DNA from: an uncultured virus (IMG/VR IMGVR_UViG_3300021256_002084)
Taxonomy: Duplodnaviria; Heunggongvirae; Uroviricota; Caudoviricetes
Length of the DNA stretch: 20,000 bases
IMG/VR virus record: IMGVR_UViG_3300021256_002084
Reading direction: 5' to 3' (one strand)
The position numbers and the translations under genes are program-made. This document shows, in pieces, positions 9,439 to 18,116 of the stretch. How positions within the stretch are numbered: position 1 is the first letter of the stretch; every line of letters starts with the position of its first letter. Below the pieces are notes generated by a model, which saw nothing but the letters and a program-made list of their open reading frames with translations, ran no database searches and had not been told where the DNA came from.

Positions 9439-9557
9439 CTTATTGTATTTTGCATTATCGCTGCAATATTATGAATTCTGTTCATATCTTGAACAGTTTC
9501 CGCACGAAGATAATCGTCTGTGAGTTTCTTCAAATTTAACACTACTACTCTATTCAT
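9429..9557 (-). CDS. Small hypothetical protein, 42 aa (not in ORF track)
   Basis: MNRVVVLNLKKLTDDYLRAETVQDMNRIHNIAAIMQNTIREL; ATGA overlaps with both flanking genes. Confidence 0.6.
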   Translation of the reverse strand: MNRVVVLNLKKLTDDYLRAETVQDMNRIHNIAAIMQNTIREL

Positions 9558-9805
9558 AACATCTTTTTCTCTCTTAGCCAATCGTACAAATCTTCTACTC
9601 GATCCATAAGTTTTATGAACTTGTTATTACAGTAGTCGTCCTCTTTCAGTAAACTGAACTCGCCGTTCTTTATGAAACTATAAGGAATATACAGGGGATA
9701 CTGCACAAACATCAGGAAAACAGAAACAAGAAACCCAACCACTCCGAACGGAATGATTAACCCGATGAATATCACTAATGCGATGAATCTATTTAAGTAT
9801 ATCAT
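9554..9805 (-). CDS. Small membrane protein, 83 aa
   Basis: Long hydrophobic N-terminal stretch FIALVIFIGLIIPFGVVGFLVSVFLMFV. Confidence 0.75.
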   Translation of the reverse strand: MIYLNRFIALVIFIGLIIPFGVVGFLVSVFLMFVQYPLYIPYSFIKNGEFSLLKEDDYCNNKFIKLMDRVEDLYDWLREKKML

Positions 9806-9823
9806 AATATCTCTGTTTAATGT

Positions 9824-10222
9824 TTAGTCGTCCATCGGGTTATGATAGTTAATCACTTGTCCGTCGTCGGAAGAAATCTCATGACCGTCCCAGTTCAGAG
9901 AAACGGTGAAGTAGTTCCCATAGTCACCCTTACACTTCACTTTGAGTTTATCAGGCACGTACTCGTCGATGAAACGTTTCAAGAACGTCTCATTGTTACG
10001 CAAGTACATCTTGTACATATCATCGTCGTGCTTTGCTTCCATAGCACGAATTTTCTCTTCATACTCAGCCTGCTTGGATTCGCTCTCCTTTCTGACATCT
10101 GAAAGAGTCTTCTCTAGTTGCTCGATCGCGTCTTCGCGGCTGATGATGATACTAATCAAGTCTGACTTAGTCAAGCCATTAGACAGCCACTTGCGTCTCT
10201 TCTCTTCATCTTCCTTCTTCAT
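9824..10222 (-). CDS. Hypothetical coiled-coil protein, 132 aa
   Basis: ATG..TAA ORF; E/K-rich helical N-terminal half. Confidence 0.8.
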   Translation of the reverse strand: MKKEDEEKRRKWLSNGLTKSDLISIIISREDAIEQLEKTLSDVRKESESKQAEYEEKIRAMEAKHDDDMYKMYLRNNETFLKRFIDEYVPDKLKVKCKGDYGNYFTVSLNWDGHEISSDDGQVINYHNPMDD

Positions 10223-10229
10223 AACCTTA

Positions 10230-10610
10230 TTATTTCATTAATAACCCAGAAAGAACTGCTTTCTCATCCTTCATCTTATTCAGATAAATTTCCGTTTCCT
10301 TAATCTTGACGTCAAGTTTCGAAATAACAGCCTCGATATGCTTTCTCGCAGCTTCGACGCACGCTTCTCTAGATGTTCCGTAAATGTCATATAATTGAGA
10401 CGACTTCGACTTCGAGAATGACGACACCGGAATACTAATCTTACCCAAAATGCCTTCAGCGAAGGTATAGTGTTCCTTAGTATCCTCGTCTAACGTCCAG
10501 TCTTCTTTCATCACATATTCTTCGACGCCGTCAGTCAAGTACCACTTGCTGATATAGAAAAGCGAGTCGCCCGCTTTCAAGTCTCTGAACTTCTTTTCTT
10601 TTGTAGCCAT
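10230..10610 (-). CDS. Hypothetical protein, 126 aa
   Basis: Start moved to ATG 10610 (MATKEKKFRDLKAGD) because the longer track start lies inside the promoter. Confidence 0.8.
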   Translation of the reverse strand: MATKEKKFRDLKAGDSLFYISKWYLTDGVEEYVMKEDWTLDEDTKEHYTFAEGILGKISIPVSSFSKSKSSQLYDIYGTSREACVEAARKHIEAVISKLDVKIKETEIYLNKMKDEKAVLSGLLMK

Positions 10611-10636
10611 ATTTCTTCTGTTTAACGATTGTACTG

Positions 10637-10668
10637 CAAAGGTACGAAAAGTTCTTGAACCACACAAG
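10637..10668 (-). promoter_or_regulatory. Bacteroidetes primary-sigma promoter driving the small-gene array
   Basis: CTTG-N20-TACCTTTG on the minus strand, 26 bp upstream of ATG 10610. Confidence 0.75.
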
Positions 10669-10794
10669 CATTAAAAGAAAGAACTTTCAGATTTTAAGTT
10701 TATTTAACATAGATTGAAATCAAACAAATCAACTAATAGACAAAAACACATTTCTCAAGTACAATTATAGACAAAACATATATAAAGTATAGAT

Positions 10795-11574
10795 ATGAAG
10801 GACTTAATCAAAAAGTATATCGACAACCTCAACATTACGAGGTTCGTTATCAAAACTGAAGACGGTAAGCATAAAGAGGTTGAATTCAAGATGAATCTTG
10901 AAACTAATGAAGATATATGTGTCATCTCAGACACACAACCAGGTTGCAAAGAAGGTTCATATATATCAATAAACAGCACAGAACAGAAATATACACTCGA
11001 CAATATTCCAGACGATGTGTTTGAACCCTTACTCGTAAGATTAAGAGAAGAGAATATCAAGCGAAAGAAAATGATTAAAGAACATCCAGAAATAAAAGTT
11101 ACAGACTATGCTATACTATTGCCTGAGATTGAAGTAGATGATGTTCTCGAAGAACCCTTCAGGACAGCATTCATTAATAAAGCATCTATTGACTACAAAG
11201 TAGATTCGAAATCCAGGAACAACGATCATAAATACGTTAAGGAAGAACTTGGACTTGAATGCAAGATGGCTGGAGACTGCACGTACTATGCACCAGGATT
11301 ACGAGGATTCTCACTCTCAAGTTACGGAGATTGGGGAACGTTCTATACAGATGATGCGACTTGGGCAGAAAAGAAGATATTCCTCGATATGATAAAGAAG
11401 AAGTACATCACTCCTTGGAGAATCAGAATATATGTTCACGAGCAGAACGGAGAAGTCGTATCTTGTGACTATGACGCTGAAGAAAACACCTGGAAGAAAT
11501 GGGCAAATGAGCAGTGGTCGGAAGTCGAAAGTCCTTTCATCAATAAGCAGAAAACGGCTAACAATAACATATAA
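10795..11574 (+). CDS. Hypothetical protein, 259 aa
   Basis: ATG..TAA ORF ending 2 bp before the MTase; weak promoter match GACAAAA-N14-TACAATT at 10739-10766. Confidence 0.8.
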   Translation: MKDLIKKYIDNLNITRFVIKTEDGKHKEVEFKMNLETNEDICVISDTQPGCKEGSYISINSTEQKYTLDNIPDDVFEPLLVRLREENIKRKKMIKEHPEIKVTDYAILLPEIEVDDVLEEPFRTAFINKASIDYKVDSKSRNNDHKYVKEELGLECKMAGDCTYYAPGLRGFSLSSYGDWGTFYTDDATWAEKKIFLDMIKKKYITPWRIRIYVHEQNGEVVSCDYDAEENTWKKWANEQWSEVESPFINKQKTANNNI

Positions 11575-11576
11575 TA

Positions 11577-12830
11577 ATGTAGAACTAGAAAAAGAGAGTG
11601 CTGTCGCTCTTCTCCGGTGCCGGAGGTATGGACATTGGATTTGAAGGGAACTTTATAGCACCGAGAAAATCAATAGTCCCGCTATCACTCATCGCCGCTG
11701 AATAGTCATCATTAGAAACTCAGTACACATTCGTCGAACCGACATCATTCCAGACAGTCTTTGCTAATGACATCAATCCGTCAGCAAAAGCAGCGTGGTG
11801 CCGCTATTTCAAAAAGAACTACGGCTACCAACAAGACACATATCATCTCGAATCAGTCGTCGACCTAGTCAAAAGACACTAGTCCGGAGAATCGGTCTTT
11901 CCGTCAGACATAGACGTTGTAACCGGAGGATTTCCATGTCAGGACTTCAGCACAGCGGGCAAGCGACTTGGCTTCAACTCTAACAAGAACGATTAGGGAA
12001 CACTCAGAGAAAGCGTCTCTGAAGAATCAAGAGGGAAACTCTATTACTGGATGAAACAAATCATCGACATCGTCCAGCCGAAAGTCTTCGTAGCAGAGAA
12101 TGTCAAAGGACTCTTGTCAATGGACGATGCGGCAGACATCATAAGAAGAGACTTCAGCGAGTCCGGTTACATCGTCTTGAAACCGAGACTGCTCAAAGCT
12201 TGGGAGTACGGAGTTCCAGAATCAAGAGAGCGAGTCATATTCATAGGACTGCGCCAAGATTCGTTACGAAACCAAACGCTGAGAGCAATCACAGACCAAA
12301 ATGAACTCATAAAGACAATAGAAAAGAAGTTCAACCCTTATCCACGTCCCACACACGGACAAGGACATCTCTCGCCCATAGTCTGCTGTCGTGACGTTCT
12401 CTCCCATCTTCTAGAACCAGATGACGCTGCTCTCGACGACCTCTCTCACAAGACCTATTCAAAAGCAAAGTATCTCGGAAAAGGAAAATAGGGACAGACA
12501 GAAATCAAATGGGACGGGCTCGCACCAACAATACGCTCAGAACATCACGGCAATATAGAATATCGTCGCTTGAGCGCAGAGCACGGAGGACTGATGAGTG
12601 ATGAACTCGCTGCCGGTCTCCAGGAACGCAGACTCACACCACGTGAATGTGCATTAATCTAGACATTTCCTCCCGATTATGAATTCGTCTTCAATAATGA
12701 ACAGGCTAAAGAAAAAGTCTCACGAAGCGATGCTTACAAACTCATAGGAAACGCTGTTCCTCCTGTCCTCGCATACAAGATTGCAAGACGTCTTGAAGAA
12801 GTCTGGGACGATTTGTTCCTTGATAAATAA
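11577..12830 (+). CDS. DNA (cytosine-5)-methyltransferase, M.BepI-like (probably CGCG), 417 aa; 7 in-frame TAG=Gln
   Basis: M(Q)N(Q)[48 protein letters not shown](Q)[29 protein letters not shown](Q)TFPPDY..IGNAVPP. TAGs at 11580, 11586, 11703, 11880, 11994, 12489, 12660. Specificity inferred from remembered similarity to M.BepI. Confidence 0.9.
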
Positions 12831-14125
12831 TGTATATGAGACGCACATTCGATTTCAGCACTATAGAAAATCAGTTAACTGGAGAAGCAATCAACGAAGA
12901 TTTCTTCGACGACTTCAGTAATAGCATTATCAATAAGGACAACTCAAGACGAGTCGTCGACGATAATGCTGCTATCGTCTATTCGCAGAGGATGATATTG
13001 ACACTGATGCTTCATCACTCATCATCGTGCAGACACAGTATCGAAGAATTCGTCGAAAGAATAGACACTATCGTCAATAACTGCCGTGCGATTGAGAGCG
13101 CGTCGATAATCAAACTCAGACTTCAGAATCAAAAAGACAAGAATGACGAACGTCCTGAGTTTGAATACGGAGATTTCCCGAAAGAAAAAGACTATCTTTA
13201 TAAATATGCTTCACGAGGCAGTGAACTCAACAGCATATATCCGTTTATCTGCGTCTTCTTCATTATCTCATACGAACCGGTTGATAAAATTGACTATCGC
13301 TCTTTCGTAAAGCATTGGGAAAAGATGATGGACACCTTGGGTAACAAACTCCCGATATGTACGGCTCCTGAAGTCGGGCAGACAAGCGGAGATTCTGTCT
13401 TCTTGATGTTGGTAAGTGAAGATACGAATAAGCACTTAGACGCTCATCTTTCTGCTTTCGGAACTACAAAGCCGTCCGACTATGCGGATGCTTATAAACT
13501 GTTGTATGATGACGATAGTGTAGTGAGCGAAGAAAACGTAGCACTGGAAACATACAAGGCAAAGTTTAACGTAAGAAACTTCGTCAGCAAGATAAAGAAT
13601 CACATCGCTATGGATCCGACCAGCCCGATGGACGTCACATACAAGACATCATCGTGGATTGCAGAGAATACACTGCTGGTGAAACTTAATGTAGAGCCAC
13701 TGAAGTTCGACGTCATTGATGTGAAATTCTTGTATACGATTCTACGCAACTATTTCTTCAATTTGATTCCAGATATTCTGAGAAAGAACTGTGCGATTGG
13801 AGTCGCAGTGACTTCAGAAGCCGGCTGGTACGGGGAGAACAACAAGTCTGCTGAGTTCGGACGACCCCCAGGCCCGATAACTGCGTCAACCGGAACGCAG
13901 ATTTCGAACGTCGCACGTCCGGAAAACGTTCCGTTGTACAATAACGGAAAAGAATACAAGACCAATCGCTTTGTAGAAATCGAGTATCAGAAGAACAATG
14001 CTCGCTGTTATGTGCTTATTCCAAGTAAGAACGGATACTTGGTAAAGAACTGGGAAAATTTGTCTCTCAAGTATCCAGACCTTATGAAAGACGCTTAGCC
14101 TTTCCTGGAAATAAGATTGGATTGA
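12830..14125 (+). CDS. Hypothetical protein, about 431 aa, possibly virion-internal; 1 in-frame TAG
   Basis: Track ORF ends at TAG 14096; read-through adds QPFLEIRLD to TGA 14123-14125. GATAAATA at 12822-12829 upstream (true start may be ATG 12836); N-terminal INE-DFFDD resembles an (I/L)-x-E prohead protease site. Confidence 0.75.
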
Positions 14126-14146
14126 AAATTATTCGTCCAAACTCTA

Positions 14147-14174
14147 AACTAAATCATAACTTCGATATATAATA
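14147..14174 (+). promoter_or_regulatory. Putative phage 'middle' promoter AACTAAA-N14-TATAATA, copy 1 upstream of suppressor tRNA
   Basis: Exact motif and spacing repeated at 14239 and 17530. Confidence 0.65.
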
Positions 14175-14238
14175 ATATAGAGAGAAGAAAGAAACTCATC
14201 AATACTAATTTGGTGAATAATTTCTTCTCCGAATAGAG

Positions 14239-14266
14239 AACTAAATTCGAAAACGAGAATATAATA
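14239..14266 (+). promoter_or_regulatory. Putative phage 'middle' promoter AACTAAA-N14-TATAATA, copy 2 upstream of suppressor tRNA
   Basis: Exact motif and spacing. Confidence 0.65.
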
Positions 14267-14351
14267 ATTAGAAGAGAAAGTAAAGTTAAAATAAAAACAA
14301 GCGAGCCTAAAGTAAAATTTTAACGAAAGTTCGTAACTGATTGAAAATCAG

Positions 14352-14424
14352 TGGGATGTAGTGTAAGTGGTAAACACGGGATTCTCTAAAAGTCCAGTTC
14401 TGAGCCCGAACCTCAGCGTCCCGA
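14352..14424 (+). tRNA. Amber suppressor tRNA, anticodon CUA (tRNA-Gln-like), no encoded CCA
   Basis: Acceptor TGGGATG/CGTCCCG, D stem GTGT/ACAC, anticodon stem GGATT/AGTCC with loop CT-CTA-AA (14386-14388), T stem CTGAG/CTCAG with loop CCCGAAC. Confidence 0.9.
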
Positions 14425-14431
14425 CAAAGAA

Positions 14432-14463
14432 GAAGCGAGAGATAAAATCAAATCTCTCGCTTC
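14432..14463. terminator. Perfect 12-bp hairpin after the suppressor tRNA (terminator or processing stem)
   Basis: GAAGCGAGAGAT-AAAATCAA-ATCTCTCGCTTC. Confidence 0.65.
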
Positions 14464-14495
14464 AATTATTTATAATTCTTATATGTGTTATTTCT

Positions 14496-14603
14496 TTACT
14501 AACTCAGAAAGACTGCTTGCTTGTGGTTATAAAAAGTATCTTTAGTCAAATTGTATTTCTTAGCATAGTCTTTCGCAGAAATTCTGTTCTTAACGAAACC
14601 AGA
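14496..14603 (-). pseudogene. Start-less helix-turn-helix-like gene remnant
   Basis: SGFVKNRISAKDYAKKYNLTKDTFYNHKQAVFLS(Q)*; preceded by in-frame TAA, no start codon. Confidence 0.3.
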
Positions 14604-14612
14604 TTATCTGTT

Positions 14613-14647
14613 AAAAAAGAAACTCTCCGAATTATCGAAGAGTTTCT
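14613..14647 (-). terminator. Intrinsic terminator of the 673-aa gene
   Basis: Minus strand AGAAACTCTTCGA-TAAT-TCGGAGAGTTTCT-TTTTT. Confidence 0.75.
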
Positions 14648-14670
14648 AATTATTGTTTGATAAAGAGTTA

Positions 14671-16692
14671 TCAGTTCAGTACTTGCCAAGTCAAAGCTGC
14701 TGTAATCTGCTCTTCTACGAATACAGAAGTATCGGCAGTCTTTGCAATACCGTTTGCATGAGTGCTGTAGTCACCATAAGTAACTGTAACACTTTCGTTC
14801 TTAACAATACCATTAGTTTCGCTGATAACAGTCTTAACGAATCCAGCGCCATCAGAAGCGCTTGCGTCTGCCACATCATTAGCCAAATCGAGTGCCTGAA
14901 TTTCTGAGTCAATATAACTCTTTGTAGCACCAGTTGTTGCGAGACCATCAGTCTGAGAAGTGGAATCATAATCACCGAATACGGCTGTCAGAGAACAAGA
15001 AGAGTCAAGCAACTTACCATCAACGATACCAACCTTGTAGCCGATGAAGTTAGAAGAGTCTTTCTTCTCAACTTCTGAGTCGAGACCATTGAATCCTTGT
15101 TCAGCGATTGTATCGATATAGTTTTTAATCGGAGCAATTGCATCTCCTACGAGCAGACCTGATGTTGATGTCAATGAAGGCTCGTCGCCAGTATTATCGA
15201 ATGTGACAGTTGCTTTAGTAGCAGTAACGCCAATAGCAGTTACTTTACCGTCTGTTTCAGAAAGTGTGATGCCAATAGAACCATCGAGTGTATTGACAGA
15301 GAGTTCTGCATCCATACCAGCGATAGCAGTCTCAATAGCACTTACAGAAGTATCAAGACGATCAATAGAAGAATCAATCTCAACGTCCTTAGCCTTCAGA
15401 GCAGCGATAGAAGAGTCAATCTCAACGTCCTTAGCCTTCAGAGCAGCGATAGAAGCATCGATCTCAGTGTCTTTAGCTTTCAGAGCAGTGATAGAAGCAT
15501 CCTGCTCTTCATCTTTAGCCTGGAGATTATCGATAGAAGCATCGACATCAACGAACTTCTGAACAAGAGCAGTTTCAACGATTTCCAGAGATTGAGTAGA
15601 ACCATCAACAGTCTTTGCGCCAACAGTCAGATCCACATAGGTCTTTTCGGTCGAAGTCTTATTGATGCCCTGAAGAGCAGTCTCTGCGAGAGCAACAGCA
15701 GCCTTAGTCTTGTCAGTAGCAGCAACATTGATATGCTTCTTATCAGTATCGTCAACAGAAGCGTCAACATAGTTGTCACCAGAAGCGCTTACAGCCAAAT
15801 CCGTAGTCTTTGAATCAACATATTGCTTAACCTTCAAAGCATCTGCTAAACCAGTATGAGTAGCATCAGCAGTAGAAGGATCCTGCATCTTAGTGTCAAG
15901 AGTAACAGTAGATGCATCGAGAGTGGCATTCAAGTAAATTTTAGAATCATTGCCGATGAAAACATCGTTAATGTCAATCAACTTCTGCAAGTTGACTTCT
16001 ACTTTGGTGTAAGTTGTAGGATCATTAGGATTATAAACCTTACCATTACCGAAGCGGAGCTCGAGGATGTTAGTATCCTGATGATAAATAGAATCCTTCA
16101 AAACACCGTCACCAACAATATCAGAAACGTTAATCGAACTCAGAACAGTATTGCTGTTGTCACGAAGAGCAATAGTAGCACCAGTTGTACCTTCTTCTGC
16201 AATGTAAGCAATGTTCAGACCAGTCTTCAGATACTTGTTAACAGAATCAATGAGGATTGTCTGACCGTCAACTTTCACATCAGCAGTTCCGTTAGTGATA
16301 GCAATGGTATTAGAATTAGTGAAGTAATCCTCAAAATAAGCCTTTGCAGCAGCAGCGTTAACTACATCGAAAGTAATAGTATCAGTAGCCTTGGTTGAAT
16401 CGTTGAAGAAAGTAACTGTGATAGTATTCTCGCCAGTTTTGCCGTTATTTACAGCAGCATACGTAACGTCAAGAATCTTTGAAGAAACAATTGAGTTACC
16501 AACAGCGATGATACCAGTGCCTGCGTTAGCACCAGTACCAGCCCAGAAAGTAATAGTACCTTCGTCAGCAGTACCGACCTTAGCAACATTTTCTGTGTAT
16601 GCGAACTTTACTGTCTGAGCGCCAGTAGCTGCGCCGAACAAACCTGCACCGTTTACATAATTCAGAAGTGTTTTCTTAGAAAATTTTTCCAT
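14671..16692 (-). CDS. Putative virion fibre/structural protein, 673 aa, with central coiled coil
   Basis: T/S/D/A/G/V-rich beta segments plus DASIAALKAKDxEI repeats; TATAAATA at 16726-16733 upstream; TGA-TAA stop. Confidence 0.75.
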   Translation of the reverse strand: MEKFSKKTLLNYVNGAGLFGAATGAQTVKFAYTENVAKVGTADEGTITFWAGTGANAGTGIIAVGNSIVSSKILDVTYAAVNNGKTGENTITVTFFNDSTKATDTITFDVVNAAAAKAYFEDYFTNSNTIAITNGTADVKVDGQTILIDSVNKYLKTGLNIAYIAEEGTTGATIALRDNSNTVLSSINVSDIVGDGVLKDSIYHQDTNILELRFGNGKVYNPNDPTTYTKVEVNLQKLIDINDVFIGNDSKIYLNATLDASTVTLDTKMQDPSTADATHTGLADALKVKQYVDSKTTDLAVSASGDNYVDASVDDTDKKHINVAATDKTKAAVALAETALQGINKTSTEKTYVDLTVGAKTVDGSTQSLEIVETALVQKFVDVDASIDNLQAKDEEQDASITALKAKDTEIDASIAALKAKDVEIDSSIAALKAKDVEIDSSIDRLDTSVSAIETAIAGMDAELSVNTLDGSIGITLSETDGKVTAIGVTATKATVTFDNTGDEPSLTSTSGLLVGDAIAPIKNYIDTIAEQGFNGLDSEVEKKDSSNFIGYKVGIVDGKLLDSSCSLTAVFGDYDSTSQTDGLATTGATKSYIDSEIQALDLANDVADASASDGAGFVKTVISETNGIVKNESVTVTYGDYSTHANGIAKTADTSVFVEEQITAALTWQVLN
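15365..15546. repeat. 42-bp coding tandem repeat, about 4.3 units
   Basis: Units begin ATAGAAG at 15365, 15407, 15449, 15491, 15533; 14 aa = two heptads. Confidence 0.9.
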
Positions 16693-16774
16693 AATTAAAT
16701 TTTAAACGTTTAAATTTTATCGTTTTATTTATAATCTCTGTATTTATCAATATCGGAAGATGCGCAAATCCGGA

Positions 16775-17485
16775 TTATTGAACGTTGCGGACATCCTCAA
16801 GCAAATCGTGTACATCTTTCCAGACTGTACATACATCTCCCTTGTCTGCTTTCCTGTTCTCCAAATCAGCAATTGCATTAGCAGTAGCAAGTTCAGCATC
16901 AGAAAGGTCTTCAGCCAGAGTAGATACATCACTATGCAGAGTGCTTGCATCAACATACAGTTCAGCAACTTCTTCTTTCAGAGCATCAACATCATCTTTG
17001 AGAGTCGAGATGTCAATGTCACCGAACAAATCCTCACGAACCTTGCCAAGCAACTCGTCATACTTTACGCTGACAATGAAGTTCTTCTCGTTTTCCGGAT
17101 CAGCAACGATTCCGATATAGTCACCCTCTGAGTATGTAATCGGTTCTTCCGGTTCGGGCTGCGCTGCCTAAATCATCTGCTCAACGAGAGAAGCATCTAC
17201 AGTCTTGAAAGACTTCTCAGCCACGTAACCCTCGTCGTTTACATACTTCACCAGGACTGTCTTCTCTGTATCACCAGATATAGTCAGGTTGAGAACCTTA
17301 GAACTATAAAGTTTTCCCTCGATGTATGTCACACCGAAGTCGTTTTCTGCATCATATCCGAAGTTCACACCACCGATAGTGCGATCCTCGTATGCCTGAT
17401 GTATAGTTCCACGGCCAAAGGAAATCTTTACTTGTCCGTCGGCACCGTAAATGTTATTTTCTTCCATGTTATTATATTGAATCAT
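16775..17485 (-). CDS. Putative fibre-associated protein, about 236 aa (or 230 aa from ATG 17467); 1 in-frame TAG
   Basis: Track ORFs 17168-17485 and 16775-17053 join through TAG 17168: EQMI(Q)AAQPEPEEPITYSEGDYIGIVADPENEKNFIVSVKYDELLGKV; C-terminal coiled coil. Confidence 0.8.
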
Positions 17486-17502
17486 CGATTTTAATTATTT
17501 AT
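17485..17502 (-). promoter_or_regulatory. Putative late promoter ATAAATAATTAAAATCGA
   Basis: Identical to 2795-2812. Confidence 0.6.
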
Positions 17503-17529
17503 CGTTCTATGCTCCAGTCAAAATTGAAA

Positions 17530-17557
17530 AACTAAACCCTACTTGAAAGGTATAATA
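17530..17557 (+). promoter_or_regulatory. Putative phage 'middle' promoter AACTAAA-N14-TATAATA
   Basis: Exact motif, upstream of gene at 17607. Confidence 0.65.
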
Positions 17558-17606
17558 AATAGTTAATGTCACTAGAATCATTCTCTAAAATATATAATGT
17601 AAAGCA

Positions 17607-17993
17607 ATGTCTCAGATAAACTACAACGATACAGACGAACTGATACGCTTCGAACATCAGATATATCTGAATTCTCTATTAGAAAGAGAAAAGATGAACG
17701 CTGGAGCAACACCAGACAGAACATTCGCTAGCGCACAAATCGACGAACGAATCTCTAATAAAGCATCATCTTCAATTACTGTTTCTAAAAGTACACCAGG
17801 TCGTTTTGCGATGAAGAGAAAGAAAGAAGTATCTGACAGACGAAACGTATACAACACAGAGAATGACATTATCTGCATAGATGCATCCGACATCAAAACA
17901 GAAAACGTCATCACAATCTATTGTTATATCATATTCGGGAATTTGAGACGCTTTTGTTCGGGTCTTTGGAGAAAATTATTTCCGAACGATTAA
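17607..17993 (+). CDS. Hypothetical protein, 128 aa
   Basis: ATG..TAA ORF between two promoter motifs. Confidence 0.65.
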   Translation: MSQINYNDTDELIRFEHQIYLNSLLEREKMNAGATPDRTFASAQIDERISNKASSSITVSKSTPGRFAMKRKKEVSDRRNVYNTENDIICIDASDIKTENVITIYCYIIFGNLRRFCSGLWRKLFPND

Positions 17994-18009
17994 AGATCAA
18001 AAATTTCCA

Positions 18010-18037
18010 AACCAAATAATAAATACCGAGTATAATA
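18010..18037 (+). promoter_or_regulatory. Putative phage 'middle' promoter AACCAAA-N14-TATAATA upstream of uvsX
   Basis: One mismatch to the motif, identical spacing. Confidence 0.6.
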
Positions 18038-18116
18038 TATAAAGTGATAATACTATCTCAGTACTCAATGTCACTTAATTTAAAAAACGACAAAAATTAT
18101 TTTATATAAGATAATA

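Noticed and set aside
10611..10667. N-terminal extension MCGSRTFR.. of the 145-aa track ORF
   Set aside because: It overlaps the -33/-7 promoter; ATG 10610 is the plausible start.
11577..12830. MTase, GIY-YIG and GT genes as pseudogenes
   Set aside because: All interruptions are TAG with no frameshifts, several at conserved Gln positions, and a CUA tRNA is present.
14352..14424. Pyrrolysine tRNA or TAG=Pyl/Tyr
   Set aside because: The cloverleaf has Gln-like features and a short variable loop; conserved TAG positions are Gln; no pyl genes are seen.
14367..14907. Plus-strand track ORFs of 97 and 84 aa
   Set aside because: They overlap the tRNA, terminators and the antisense of the 673-aa gene.
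15365..15546. CRISPR-like array
   Set aside because: Contiguous in-frame 42-bp repeats without spacers inside a CDS.
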